Source: Candidatus Adlerbacteria bacterium (GTDB taxonomy: Bacteria; Patescibacteriota; Minisyncoccia; Phycocordibacterales; SBAW01). From it: a stretch of 64,000 nt of DNA. Within the stretch, counting starts at the first letter, position 1; every line of letters begins with the position of its first letter. Positions 28,708 to 38,590 of this stretch are shown piece after piece. The stretch is taken from positions 37,189 through 101,188 of the forward strand of contig CAINNF010000012.1 in NCBI GenBank assembly GCA_903851045.1. Direction: 5' to 3'. The notes below the pieces were generated by a model. The model saw only the letters and a program-made list of their open reading frames with translations, had not been told where the DNA came from and made no database searches. The translations under genes were made by a program, and so were the position numbers.

Positions 28708-30453
28708 CTACAAGCTTGCCTCGAGCACCTCCTCAATCGAGGTCAGACCAATCGCCGCTTTGAACATACCATCTTCGAGTAACGTCAGTCGTTCGCTTGT
28801 TCGGATCTCCTCCTCCACACGTTCAAAACGTTCGCTCAGGAGCGCATCCTTCACCGTGAGCGTCATGGGCACCACCTCCTGTACCCCCACGACCCCTACG
28901 TACCCGCCCTCACATGCGGAACACTCCTTCGCTCGTCCGAACAGAACATCTTTCCACTGCGCCCCCGCATCTAACGATCCTTCTTCTTTGAGCGCATTGA
29001 GCACCTTCGGCAGTCGAGCGCCGCGCGCTTCCAGCTCATCGAGTTCGGTGCGAGAGAGTTTCGTCTTTTCGTGGGTCGGGCATAGTTTGCGCACCAAGCG
29101 CGTCGTGATGACCCCTCGCAACACCGACGTCAGCAGGGGCAACTCGACGTTCTTGCAAAGGTCCTGCAACCCTTCGAGCGCGGTCTGCGCCGGGACACTG
29201 GTGATTACGAGTCGTCCACGGTTCGCCGCATGCGCCACTTGGGTGGCGACATCCTCGTGGGAACTTTGCGACACCATGAGCACGTCCGCATCCATGCGAA
29301 GTGCGGATTCTAGGCGTGTTCGAAGCGTCGTACCTTCTTGGATGTCGGTCTGTATCTGCACCGCACCCGGAATGGTGTATTCGATGAAGTCTTCAACCGT
29401 GACGACACTTCGGGTCGGATCGACCAATTGGTCGATCAACGAGTACAATAGTGTCGTCGTCCCCGACCGGCTACCTCCACACACGACTATCAGTCCCCCG
29501 CGGGCGTGAAGCAACTCTTGGATCACATCGAGCCCTGCCCCATGGAACCCGAGGGACTCGAGCGTGAACCCTCGTTTCCCTGTCTTCTCTTCAGCGATGC
29601 GGATCAGCACCTTCTCCGGTGCGACATCGCTCACAGTTGGGAGCGTCGAGATACGAAACGCGATATGTTCGGAATCTCTGCCTGACCGCAGCGCGATCTT
29701 AAAGCGCCCATCCTGTGGCTCGTGCGACTCCAGGTCGAGTTGTGCCAACATCTTCAATCGGTCGATGATACTTTTCGCGGCATACGTGGGGAGCTGCATC
29801 GCGTCATAGAGAGCACCACCAAGACGATACCGCACCAGGAGTCCCCCCGGACGAGGTTCGAGGTGGATGTCCGAGGCCGACTGTGACAGTGCATGCTCGA
29901 GCAGTGCATCGATGACATAGGTGACCGACAAACGCTCGGCACTATAGCGAATATCATCAATCGACGGTGACAGGGCAGGATTGATCGCTTGAGATTGCTC
30001 CGGGATAAGTTTTGCGTACCGCTCACGCAGGACTCGTTGATATTTCAAAAGCCCGCGCTTGATGGTCTGACGATCGGTCAGGTTCGGTACGATAGTGAAC
30101 GGCAAGCGCAGACGTTCGATCTGTTCGACGACCGCAAGATCGGTCGTCGCCACCATCAAGCGGTCTCCCTCGAGTCGATACGCGAACACGGTGTGCGTCC
30201 GGCAAAAGGCCTCAGGTAACAGGAACAGTGCTTCGGGAGAGATATCGTCCGGTTGCAGTGTGACGAACGGTATGCCAAGACTGCGAGACAGCGCACGTCG
30301 CGTCTCATCTTCCTCGAGGATCCCACTGCGAAGCAGCACGGTATAAAAAGGTTCTCCGGACGTAGCGGACTCTCGCTCGAGCGTCTCTATCTGCCCACGC
30401 GACAGAAGTCCCGTATCACGAAGAAAATGGATAAGATGATCATCGCCCCGCAT
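28708..30453 (-). CDS. Type IV pilus / type II secretion assembly ATPase (PilB/GspE family).
   Basis: N-terminal GspII-like domain; Walker A GGSRSGTTT; Asp and His boxes. Start taken as MRGDD at 30453; the ORF-track extension to 30600 overlaps the promoter region. Confidence 0.85.
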   Translation of the reverse strand: MRGDDHLIHFLRDTGLLSRGQIETLERESATSGEPFYTVLLRSGILEEDETRRALSRSLGIPFVTLQPDDISPEALFLLPEAFCRTHTVFAYRLEGDRLMVATTDLAVVEQIERLRLPFTIVPNLTDRQTIKRGLLKYQRVLRERYAKLIPEQSQAINPALSPSIDDIRYSAERLSVTYVIDALLEHALSQSASDIHLEPRPGGLLVRYRLGGALYDAMQLPTYAAKSIIDRLKMLAQLDLESHEPQDGRFKIALRSGRDSEHIAFRISTLPTVSDVAPEKVLIRIAEEKTGKRGFTLESLGFHGAGLDVIQELLHARGGLIVVCGGSRSGTTTLLYSLIDQLVDPTRSVVTVEDFIEYTIPGAVQIQTDIQEGTTLRTRLESALRMDADVLMVSQSSHEDVATQVAHAANRGRLVITSVPAQTALEGLQDLCKNVELPLLTSVLRGVITTRLVRKLCPTHEKTKLSRTELDELEARGARLPKVLNALKEEGSLDAGAQWKDVLFGRAKECSACEGGYVGVVGVQEVVPMTLTVKDALLSERFERVEEEIRTSERLTLLEDGMFKAAIGLTSIEEVLEASL

Positions 30454-30623
30454 ATGCTCTATAGTATACGTCACTTTTAGAGGATGGTTGCTTTTTGGTG
30501 GGGAATAGTGTACAGTGCATGCATCCTGGTAACCGCCCCGAGTTGGGCGGTTATTCTTTACCCTACGGATTCCTGGGGGTAGACTAGAAGTACCGGGCAA
30601 TTAGCTAACACAATAAAATATGT

Positions 30624-31781
30624 ATGTTTGACCTTAAAGTCATGAACTCGGTGCTGGGAGAGCTCGAGGAGGAGCGCGGCATACCGCGTGTCAAAGTGCT
30701 CGAAGCTATCGAAGCTGCGCTTGCCACCGCATATAAGAAGGAATACGCCAAGCGCGGGCAGATCATCCGTGCCCACCTCGACCTCTCGACCGGCACGACC
30801 GAATTTCAACAGGTCAAAGAGATCGTCGACGACACTTCGGTCCGTTTCGACGAAGAGGATGCCGAGGACGTATCCCCCGAAGCTTTGGCGAAGGAGGATG
30901 ACCTGCGTCCACGTTTTAATCCCGAGCAACATGTGCGGCTCGAGGATGCGAAACTTATGAAGCGTGATGCGAAGGTGGGTGACGAACTCGTCTTCCCGCT
31001 CGAAACGAAAGACGACTACGGCCGCATAGCGGCTCAAACCGCCAAACAGGTCATCATCCAAAAGATCCGCGAGGCCGAGAAGGTGTCCGTCGTCGCCGAG
31101 TACGGCGCACGACAGGGCGAGATTGTTTCCGGCACCGTCCAGCGCATGGAGCGCGGCAATATATACGTCGACCTCGGTCGCGCCACAGGCATACTCCCCT
31201 ACGACGAACAGATACCGGGCGAACGTTTTCGCCAAGGTGAGCGAGTGCGCGCACTTCTCTACCAGGTAGAAGAGTCCCCGCGTGGCATCTATCTGCGCCT
31301 TTCTCGTGCCAATGGCCAATTCCTCCAGAAACTATTCGAGATGGAAGCCCCCGAAGCTGCGAATGGCGTCGTTGTCTTTAAAGCGGTCGCTCGTGAGGCT
31401 GGCAGTCGCTCAAAGGTTGCGGTCGCATCCAACGACCCACACGTCGACCCGGTCGGTTCGCTCGTCGGCCAGCGCGGTGTCCGCGTCTCGACGGTCACAT
31501 CCGAACTTGGTGGCGAAAAGATCGACATCATCGAGTGGAACGGGGACCCGAAGGCATTCATAGAAGAAGCGCTCTCCCCTGCGCGCATCTCCAAGGTTGA
31601 GCTCGACGAGTCAGAGCACAAGGCGACCATCACAGTTGCGAGCGACCAGCAGTCCCTCGCCATCGGTCGCGGTGGTCAGAACGTCCGCCTTGCCGCCAAG
31701 CTCACCGGTTGGCGCATCGACATCCAATCTGTCGGCGGCGACGCTCAGGCTTCGAAAGATGCCGAGGTTGTAGAAGAATAA
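30624..31781 (+). CDS. nusA: Transcription termination/antitermination factor NusA.
   Basis: N-terminal domain, S1 domain and two KH domains. Confidence 0.9.
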   Translation: MFDLKVMNSVLGELEEERGIPRVKVLEAIEAALATAYKKEYAKRGQIIRAHLDLSTGTTEFQQVKEIVDDTSVRFDEEDAEDVSPEALAKEDDLRPRFNPEQHVRLEDAKLMKRDAKVGDELVFPLETKDDYGRIAAQTAKQVIIQKIREAEKVSVVAEYGARQGEIVSGTVQRMERGNIYVDLGRATGILPYDEQIPGERFRQGERVRALLYQVEESPRGIYLRLSRANGQFLQKLFEMEAPEAANGVVVFKAVAREAGSRSKVAVASNDPHVDPVGSLVGQRGVRVSTVTSELGGEKIDIIEWNGDPKAFIEEALSPARISKVELDESEHKATITVASDQQSLAIGRGGQNVRLAAKLTGWRIDIQSVGGDAQASKDAEVVEE

Positions 31782-31806
31782 TTATCTGCGATAAATCACA
31801 AAGCAT

Positions 31807-32337
31807 ATGAATCTTTGGAAAGAAATTGCACCAGGTACGGCAGGCGAGATGAACGTTATCATCGAGATCAATCGCGGTTCGAACAACAAATACGAACTCG
31901 ACAAGGAGACAGGCCTCATCAAGCTCGACCGCGCCAATTACTCTGCGGCCGCATACCCGTTCGACTACGGCTTCGTCCCCCAGACGCTCTGGCACGACGG
32001 CGACCCGCTGGATGTCATCGTCCTGACCACCTATCCGCTTCTTCCTGGGATCCTCGTGACCGTACGCCCGGTGGCAGTGATGGAGATGATTGACAGCGGC
32101 GACTCGGACTACAAGATCATCGCGGTACCGACCGAGGACAAGCGTTGGGATGATGTGCAAGATCTTGCCGACATCAACAAACACACGCTCAAGGAGTTCC
32201 GTCACTTCTTCGAAACCTACAAATTGCTCAAGGGCAAGCCTGCACCGGTCGAGGTTGGTGAGGTACAAGGTAAGGAGGCTGCTGTCGCTGCATTCAACGA
32301 AAGTCTCGACCTCTACAAAAAGAAATTTGCTAAGTAA
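31807..32337 (+). CDS. ppa: Inorganic pyrophosphatase.
   Basis: DGDPLDV and YGFVPQT motifs. Confidence 0.9.
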   Translation: MNLWKEIAPGTAGEMNVIIEINRGSNNKYELDKETGLIKLDRANYSAAAYPFDYGFVPQTLWHDGDPLDVIVLTTYPLLPGILVTVRPVAVMEMIDSGDSDYKIIAVPTEDKRWDDVQDLADINKHTLKEFRHFFETYKLLKGKPAPVEVGEVQGKEAAVAAFNESLDLYKKKFAK

Positions 32338-32371
32338 TCGCACGAGGTATACCTCCTGCTAGTATCGCCAC

Positions 32372-33661
32372 ATGACACACAACGAGCATTTAGACGAGCT
32401 CGCGAGATCCTTCGCGCTCAAAACGCTTCCCGACTCCGAGGTCGAACTCGAGGGGGACATACCCTTTGCCGACATAGAGCCGCTCCAGGAGCGCGCACTC
32501 AGGCACTTTGCCGAAGAGGTGGAGTTGCCCGGCTTTCGCAAAGGGCATGTACCGCTCGACATGGTCAAGAAGCGCGTCGGCGACATCGCGATCCTCGAGG
32601 AGGCGGTGGAGTTCTTCATGCGAGACTTCTATCCCGCACTCGTCACGGTACGCGAGGTAGAGGCCATCGGCCGCCCCGAGATCCGCATCACGAAATTGGC
32701 ACCCGGCAATCCGATCGGCATCGTCATCAAGACCGCCGTCTACCCTACCATCGAACTCCCCAAGGGATGGAAGACGCTCCACGAGTCTATCCCCCAGGAA
32801 GATGCGTCGGTCGTAACCGACACTGAGATCGACGACGCACTCACCTCGATCCGTCGCGCATATGCGAAGGCGAACATGACGACCGCAGCAGGAAAGTCGG
32901 ATTCTGCAGCGTCCCCTAGCAGTCCTGCAGCGGAGGAGTCCGACTTTCCTGCTGCGGATACACAAATCCCCACCCAGGCAGCGGCAGCATCTGCTTCTTC
33001 CGCTGCAGGTCATAACGGGGACGCTGCAGAAGCAGATGCTGCCGCTGCCTCCCCCATCACCAAAATTCCCGCAGAGGACACGCTTCCTTCGCTCGATGAC
33101 GCGTTCGCGCAGTCGCTCGGACCGTTCGCGAACCTTGCGGACCTCAAGGACAAGATGCGTCAAAATCTTTTGACGGAGAAGGAGCAAAAAGCTCGCGACG
33201 CTCGCCGCGGTAAGGTAATCGAAGCGCTTCTCGCGAAAGCCGACTTTTCTGTCCCGACCATCTTCGTCGACAGCGAGCTCGAGAAGATCCTTGGTCAGAT
33301 GGGCGAGGATGTGCAGCGCTACGGCATGACGATGGAGGACTATCTCAAGCGCATCAACAAGACCGAGACGGATGTGCGCAACGAGCTTCACGACCAAGCG
33401 ACCAAGCGCGCTCGACTCCAGCTGATACTCAACAAGATCGCTGGCGAAGAGAAGATCGAACCCGACCAAGCGGCGGTAGATGAGGAGATGAAGCACGCGC
33501 TCGAGCACTTCCCCGAAGCGCGCCCCGACCTCCTCAAGATTCACATCGAGACCATCATCCGCAACGACAAAGTCCTCCAGATGCTCGAGGGCAAAGAGGT
33601 CGAAAAGGCAAAAGCACCCGACCACCACAACCACGAAGAGCACGACCATTCACACGGGTAA
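32372..33661 (+). CDS. tig: Trigger factor with an Ala/Ser-rich low-complexity insert and a His-rich C-terminal tail.
   Basis: GFRKGHVP signature. Insert AAGKSDSAASPSSPAAEE... and tail DHHNHEEHDHSHG. Confidence 0.85.
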   Translation: MTHNEHLDELARSFALKTLPDSEVELEGDIPFADIEPLQERALRHFAEEVELPGFRKGHVPLDMVKKRVGDIAILEEAVEFFMRDFYPALVTVREVEAIGRPEIRITKLAPGNPIGIVIKTAVYPTIELPKGWKTLHESIPQEDASVVTDTEIDDALTSIRRAYAKANMTTAAGKSDSAASPSSPAAEESDFPAADTQIPTQAAAASASSAAGHNGDAAEADAAAASPITKIPAEDTLPSLDDAFAQSLGPFANLADLKDKMRQNLLTEKEQKARDARRGKVIEALLAKADFSVPTIFVDSELEKILGQMGEDVQRYGMTMEDYLKRINKTETDVRNELHDQATKRARLQLILNKIAGEEKIEPDQAAVDEEMKHALEHFPEARPDLLKIHIETIIRNDKVLQMLEGKEVEKAKAPDHHNHEEHDHSHG

Positions 33662-33681
33662 TCACCTTTTTAGAAACACAA

Positions 33682-33713
33682 AAACACCACCCAACTCGGA
33701 TGGTGTTTTTTTG
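33682..33713 (+). terminator. Intrinsic terminator after tig.
   Basis: AACACCA-loop-TGGTGTTTTTTTG. Confidence 0.6.
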
Positions 33714-33978
33714 TTATTGTAACCCCAGCGCTACGGGCGCAAGATGCGCGAGGAGAGAGATTTGTGAGCGCCTCGCTTCCGCCTAGTATGACCTAGTACG
33801 AAGCCAAGCGCTCAACACACCTCACACCCGCAGCGCCGGGGGTACAATGTTTCGAAACATTCCTGTCTCTTGAGACACCACACAATGTGTTAGTGTGACG
33901 TCCCCAGTAGACAGAGCGAGGTGTCGGCACTGATGCAACCACGCATCCAACCGATACTCGCCCATAAACCATAAGAAC

Positions 33979-35532
33979 TTACTTACAAAGCCGCTCCCGC
34001 AGCTCAGCAAGTTTGGCGAATGGACTATCCGAGTTGGTTTCACCAACCCGGCCATCCTCCGAAGTATCGTCCACCTTGGGAGCTTGTGGCTCCCGTTTGG
34101 GTTTTACAGGAACAGTAGGTGACACCTGCTCCTGCCTTGCGGAAGCGACGCGAACGCCGCTTTCCGTCACCCACGAGCAGCCGTGAAGCTGCCCGAGCCG
34201 AGCGAGGGTTTCCCTTTGTTCGGGCGTGAGCCCGTCAACAGGAAGTTTGTGCACCACACCATCGCGCTCGGCATGCTCGCGGAACCCCTCCCACGAGAGA
34301 GACGCCTCCCTTGGGTACACATAGTCCCAGTGACGGGTATGTGTCCCCCGCTGGTGCGACCGAGAGTATTCGTCTCGGTCGTGCTCGCGCAGCGATCCGT
34401 CTGGACGGATAACGTACCCGCCCCCGTCGCCGCGCTGACTGCTCGTATGCACAAAAGCGGAGAAATCCGCGAGAGCACGACCAGACGCAACTGCTGCAGC
34501 CATCTGCTCGGCCTCTTCGGCTTTGCGTCTAGCTTCAGCTTCTTCTGCAGCCTGACGCCTTGCCTGCTCCTCGGCACGAACGCGAGCAGTCTCGAGCTGT
34601 TCGCGGAACTTCACCAGCTCCGCGACCGCATGGTTGCATACCTGTTCCGCCTCACTGCGCTGCCGTTTCCAGGAAAGCACGAAATAGGTCCGAGACCAGG
34701 ATGTATTTGCCTCGACCACGCCGTATACCTTGAGGTCGCGGCCATTTATGTCGCGGCCGTAGACAAACTCAACCAGTGGCGGAATCGTCGCCGTATGATT
34801 GGACGCAAAATCCGGCACAGAAACTTCCGGAAACTTCGCAGCCCGCCACACAGCATCATTCCATCCAGCAGACGTGAGTCCGCCAGATAAATCAACCTCA
34901 ACCAACGGGGCTGAAAGAAGCAACTCACCGTTCGCAACGCGAGTTGTGATGCTCGCGACCGCTTCGTCGGTGAGCTGCGGAACAGGGAAATTATATTCCA
35001 AGTCCCTGCCCTCTTGCCGCCGCGAGTAGAGATCGCCCACGAACGGCTTCACACCACCCGCAATCCAGATGAGTGGTTCGACCATACCCTTTGCGGGGGC
35101 ATGGTCGAACTGCTCGAAAACGAGCAGTGCAGCGGGCGAAAAGCGACTCGCATAGACTGAACCGTTAGAATGGAAGTAGTACGTCGAATACCCCTTCCAT
35201 GCATCGGGCACTAGCCCGAAACGAGCGGTAAGAAGCGCAGACGCTTCTTGTTCGCCGAACAGTGCACACGAGCGGAGGACCTCCGCTTCATGTGCAATTG
35301 CCTGTCGGACGGCCTTGCCCAGATCGAACCATGCATGGTTCGCCTGGTACATTGCTCTGCCCCGCGCGTCGCGCTTCTCTACCGGGACGAGCTCGACCCG
35401 GACGATCTGCCCAGGATCAACATCGCGCGGCAAGAAGACGATGCTTCCGCCGTGCGACGAGATGCACTGACGCGTCTCGTCGTACTTTTTCCCCTTCTCT
35501 GCAAGAAGGGTCGCAATAGGTGTGTCGGCCAT
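33979..35532 (-). CDS. Hypothetical 517-aa protein. N-terminal TRAM-like beta-barrel domain (paralogous to 38585..39322), a central coiled coil and an uncharacterised C-terminus. Last gene of the island operon.
   Basis: GGSIVFLPRDVDPGQIVRVELV resembles a TRAM domain (G.V.F.P...PGE.V.V.I). GAGGGAGGG RBS. ARRQAAEEAEARRKAEEAEQ coiled coil. Confidence 0.6.
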   Translation of the reverse strand: MADTPIATLLAEKGKKYDETRQCISSHGGSIVFLPRDVDPGQIVRVELVPVEKRDARGRAMYQANHAWFDLGKAVRQAIAHEAEVLRSCALFGEQEASALLTARFGLVPDAWKGYSTYYFHSNGSVYASRFSPAALLVFEQFDHAPAKGMVEPLIWIAGGVKPFVGDLYSRRQEGRDLEYNFPVPQLTDEAVASITTRVANGELLLSAPLVEVDLSGGLTSAGWNDAVWRAAKFPEVSVPDFASNHTATIPPLVEFVYGRDINGRDLKVYGVVEANTSWSRTYFVLSWKRQRSEAEQVCNHAVAELVKFREQLETARVRAEEQARRQAAEEAEARRKAEEAEQMAAAVASGRALADFSAFVHTSSQRGDGGGYVIRPDGSLREHDRDEYSRSHQRGTHTRHWDYVYPREASLSWEGFREHAERDGVVHKLPVDGLTPEQRETLARLGQLHGCSWVTESGVRVASARQEQVSPTVPVKPKREPQAPKVDDTSEDGRVGETNSDSPFAKLAELRERLCK

Positions 35533-35656
35533 GTCGGCCCTCCCTCAGAGGAATCATTCCTCAACGGCCCAATCTCCCCCATGGAGACAAGGCCGATAAA
35601 GGAGGCCTCGGACACACCAACCACGGTGCGCCCGAGACCAAACCAGAAAAGAACTG

Positions 35657-37261
35657 TCAGAGGCGGTTGAATACCTCTTGTGCGTCGGCGTCGGAGAACG
35701 ACGAGGCACGAAGAATGTCGCCATCGCAGAACCTCTTGAGCGTGGCGTCGCTCGTATGGCCAACGTCGCAGAGAATCCCCACGACATTGACCCCACGCAG
35801 ACGCTTTTCTGCAAGAAATTCCGCCAGAAACGCCTCCGTGACATGGGCGTCGCCATCGGTGATGAAGGCAATGTCCGCTTTTTTGAGACCCTCAATCCGA
35901 ATCGTATTCATCGCGTCGGTGAGCGGACGCTCAAAGTCCGTACCCGATGCTTTGAGAAACGTTTCGGCGATCTCAAGGGTCTCTCTGGGCGAGAGTCGTC
36001 CACCTTTATACACACGGGTCACGTTTTTGGAATCACGTGCTCCGTAATGTATCCAAACGAACGATCTTTTGCGGAGTTTTGCATAGTATGCAAGTGCGAG
36101 CACTGTCGCCTTCGCCCACACCTGCTTCGCCCCTTCCATAGAACCGGAGCCATCTTCGCAGACCACCACCGGCCCCTCGCCCATTTTTTGCTTCGCCTCT
36201 TCGCCACGCAGACGAAGCTCGCCCCTGCTCCAGCGCGTGAGAGCTTTCGTACGGAGTGCAGGATGCGCGAGCGCAACAAGCTCGGAGGAGACCGCGCGTT
36301 TGATGTCGCGGCCCGTCTCAAACTTCGTCACGCGCACACCCTCGGCCTGCTCCTTGGACCGCGCCTTGCGAGCAGCGATCTTTTTGATTCGGCCGAGGAT
36401 TTTAGCGAAGTCCTTGAACGCTTTATTATTTTGTATGCGTTCAAGAAGGGCGAGAGCTTCGGGGATACCCTCACGGGTCAACTCCCCTTCCTCAAAGCCC
36501 CATGTCTGGAGGGTCTCCGACACCTCCTCGACCTTCTCTTTGGCTCGCTTCGCTGCGGCGAGGCCGAGGCGTGCGAGCTCTTGCAGTTTCTTTGCCGCTG
36601 CTTCGCTCCCGGGTTTCCCCATCAGCGATTCGGCGGCGGCATCGGCTTGCGCCTGCGCAGTATCAGCTGCCGCACGAGCAGCTTGCGCCTGTGCACGTGC
36701 CTCTGCCGCTTGCGCGGAGAGACCGGCTGCTTGTGAAGAGGGTTGCCCCGCCCCGCCAGCAGATTGTGCTTGCTCGGCCAATTCGCCGAGCATATCAGCC
36801 TCAGCTTCGGCCTTTTGAGCTTCGGCCTCTGTCTCGTCCGCCGTATTTTGCGCGTCGGCGGACTCTTGAAGCTTTTTTGCATCCCCTTTCGACACATTCG
36901 CGACGATGGTGTCACCCATCGTGAGCGTGCCAAGGATGGACGCGAGCTCCGAGAACCGCGTCTGCGCATGGAGCCCCTCGTAGGCGGATGTCGCCATCGC
37001 GCCTTTGAGAATCTCCGCGAAGAAGCTCCGGTCGCTCGGCGCATCATCGCGCACCACAGGCGTTGCCGCCCAAAGCACGTGATAGATGTCGGCGAGCGCG
37101 CCGGCAGTGCCGGGGAGCTTCTGCTCCCCGGCAGCCTCGAGTTCGGCAAGTGCGGGCATACGCTCGCGTTGCCGGAGGAAGCGGAGCGCCGTGAAGGCGT
37201 CCGCGTCTGTCACGAGCAGCTTTTGCAAGTCTGCCCGCGACAGTGTCTTCGGTGCCTTCAT
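35657..37261 (-). CDS. vWA-domain protein (CoxE-like; C-terminal von Willebrand A domain with MIDAS). Partner of the upstream MoxR ATPase.
   Basis: VVVCEDGSGSM (DxSxS) ... ITDGD MIDAS motif. Ala/Gln-rich coiled-coil N-terminal half. The start is 8 nt after the MoxR stop, with a GGTAGGAGGGG RBS. Confidence 0.8.
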   Translation of the reverse strand: MKAPKTLSRADLQKLLVTDADAFTALRFLRQRERMPALAELEAAGEQKLPGTAGALADIYHVLWAATPVVRDDAPSDRSFFAEILKGAMATSAYEGLHAQTRFSELASILGTLTMGDTIVANVSKGDAKKLQESADAQNTADETEAEAQKAEAEADMLGELAEQAQSAGGAGQPSSQAAGLSAQAAEARAQAQAARAAADTAQAQADAAAESLMGKPGSEAAAKKLQELARLGLAAAKRAKEKVEEVSETLQTWGFEEGELTREGIPEALALLERIQNNKAFKDFAKILGRIKKIAARKARSKEQAEGVRVTKFETGRDIKRAVSSELVALAHPALRTKALTRWSRGELRLRGEEAKQKMGEGPVVVCEDGSGSMEGAKQVWAKATVLALAYYAKLRKRSFVWIHYGARDSKNVTRVYKGGRLSPRETLEIAETFLKASGTDFERPLTDAMNTIRIEGLKKADIAFITDGDAHVTEAFLAEFLAEKRLRGVNVVGILCDVGHTSDATLKRFCDGDILRASSFSDADAQEVFNRL

Positions 37262-37269
37262 AGCCCCTC

Positions 37270-38472
37270 CTACCGGCGGACGCCCGTCGCCTTCGCGACG
37301 AACTCCGCCTTCTTTTTGCCAACCTCTTTCCGCAGGTCGGCGATTGCGGTCTTATCGACCCCGCTTGCCTCACCTTCGAGACGACCGAGCTCGCGCTCGG
37401 TCTCCTCGAACTGCGCGAGCGCGGGAACCAGCTTGTTGCGGTCGCCGCCCTCGACGAGAGCGACCATGCCACCCGGCGCAAAAAGCGCGTCCACCTGCTC
37501 CTGCGCATCCGAGAGAGGCGTGCGCACGAGCGGGGCAATCTTCGCCTTCACGACCGGGATCTGCTCGGGAGTGTCCCAGAGCAGGTACTCGAGCACGCGC
37601 AGATCGGCAGAGCCGACCTGCGCACGCCCGTCGAGTATCGCCGACGCTTGCAAGACGTCGAATACCCGCCCGAATCGCCGATCGTCGTCCCAGAGCCACT
37701 GGAAACCGGCCGTGTCCTCGTCGAGCAGCTGCTGATACAAGTCGAGAACGAGCTCGACCATATCGTCAGCAACCTCGACGAACGGCCGCGCTTCCCGCAG
37801 CGTCTCGACTTCCGCGAGCGAAAGCCGAGCAGCGGCAGACACAGCAGCACCACGGTCGCGAACAAGTCGCGCCGCAACGAGCGACAGCTTTCCACCGCGA
37901 TCCAGCGGGTCCACCTGCACGCGGAGGGTCATTCGCGACCACATCGCGCCCAGGTTTCCTTCTGGGTCGGGCGGCTCGTTGCTGGCCGCGAGAAACGCGA
38001 GAAGCGGCGGCTTGAAGTCGCGCCCCTCGTGCCGGATTGCGTCCCCGTTCGCGAAGTCGAGAACGGTCTGGAGAACGCGCGGGTCCCCCTTCCATATCTC
38101 GTCCGCGAAGAAGAAATGTGCGTTCGCGGCGCGCCCGATCGAGTCACGCGTGCGAATGAGCTTGCGCCCCTCCGCGTCGACTGACTCCTCGATCGCGGTC
38201 TCTTCGACGAAGAGTCCCTCGAACGAGGTCATGGTCGGCATGAGAGCCCCGTAGTAGCGGGCACCCTCGATCACGCGCGACAAGTCCTTCACGGTGCCCG
38301 TTTTGTTGATACCGGGCGATCCGAGAAAGAACGCGGGGTGGCCGGCGACCGTCGCGAGCATCGTTGCCCGCACGATTGCCTCGCGTCCGATGTTGCGCGA
38401 AGCAACGTCGGCCCCGACAATCGCCACTTTCGGCGCGAGGCCTGTGGCGAGATTGAGAATTTCCTTATTCAT
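37270..38472 (-). CDS. MoxR-family AAA+ ATPase.
   Basis: Walker A GSPGINKT, Walker B FFFADEIWKG and sensor-1 AASNEPP in MoxR-type spacing. 400 aa. Confidence 0.85.
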   Translation of the reverse strand: MNKEILNLATGLAPKVAIVGADVASRNIGREAIVRATMLATVAGHPAFFLGSPGINKTGTVKDLSRVIEGARYYGALMPTMTSFEGLFVEETAIEESVDAEGRKLIRTRDSIGRAANAHFFFADEIWKGDPRVLQTVLDFANGDAIRHEGRDFKPPLLAFLAASNEPPDPEGNLGAMWSRMTLRVQVDPLDRGGKLSLVAARLVRDRGAAVSAAARLSLAEVETLREARPFVEVADDMVELVLDLYQQLLDEDTAGFQWLWDDDRRFGRVFDVLQASAILDGRAQVGSADLRVLEYLLWDTPEQIPVVKAKIAPLVRTPLSDAQEQVDALFAPGGMVALVEGGDRNKLVPALAQFEETERELGRLEGEASGVDKTAIADLRKEVGKKKAEFVAKATGVRR

Positions 38473-38486
38473 CAGTCTGTCCCTTT

Positions 38487-38590
38487 CTTGCCCGTGACCT
38501 TCGACTTCGCTCAGGTCGTGGGCGTGGGTGCCGCGAGCGTCCTCGCAGCTTGTTTGAAGATTTCATCGCCATAATCCCGTCGGATTATGG
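38487..38590 (-). repeat. Leader repeat copy 1 (about 104 nt) immediately upstream of the MoxR start. Contains the palindrome CCATAATCC-gacg-GGATTATGG.
   Basis: About 90% identical to 39347..39428. Both copies end 25-30 nt before a start codon, with GGTCACGGGCAAG then an RBS then ATG. The palindrome overlaps the TAA stop of the upstream gene. Confidence 0.7.

Noticed and set aside
28415-29509. 364-aa plus-strand ORF, Ser/Thr-rich.
   Set aside because: Antisense to the PilB/GspE ATPase gene, which has clear Walker motifs.
30558-31319. 253-aa minus-strand ORF.
   Set aside because: Antisense to the well-supported nusA gene; no motifs.
32390-33649. 419-aa minus-strand ORF.
   Set aside because: Antisense to tig across its full length; an artefact of GC-rich sequence.
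36743-38184. Multiple long plus-strand ORFs (330, 309 and 178 aa), R/P/A-rich.
   Set aside because: They are antisense to the MoxR and vWA genes in the island. Their composition is typical of spurious frames.
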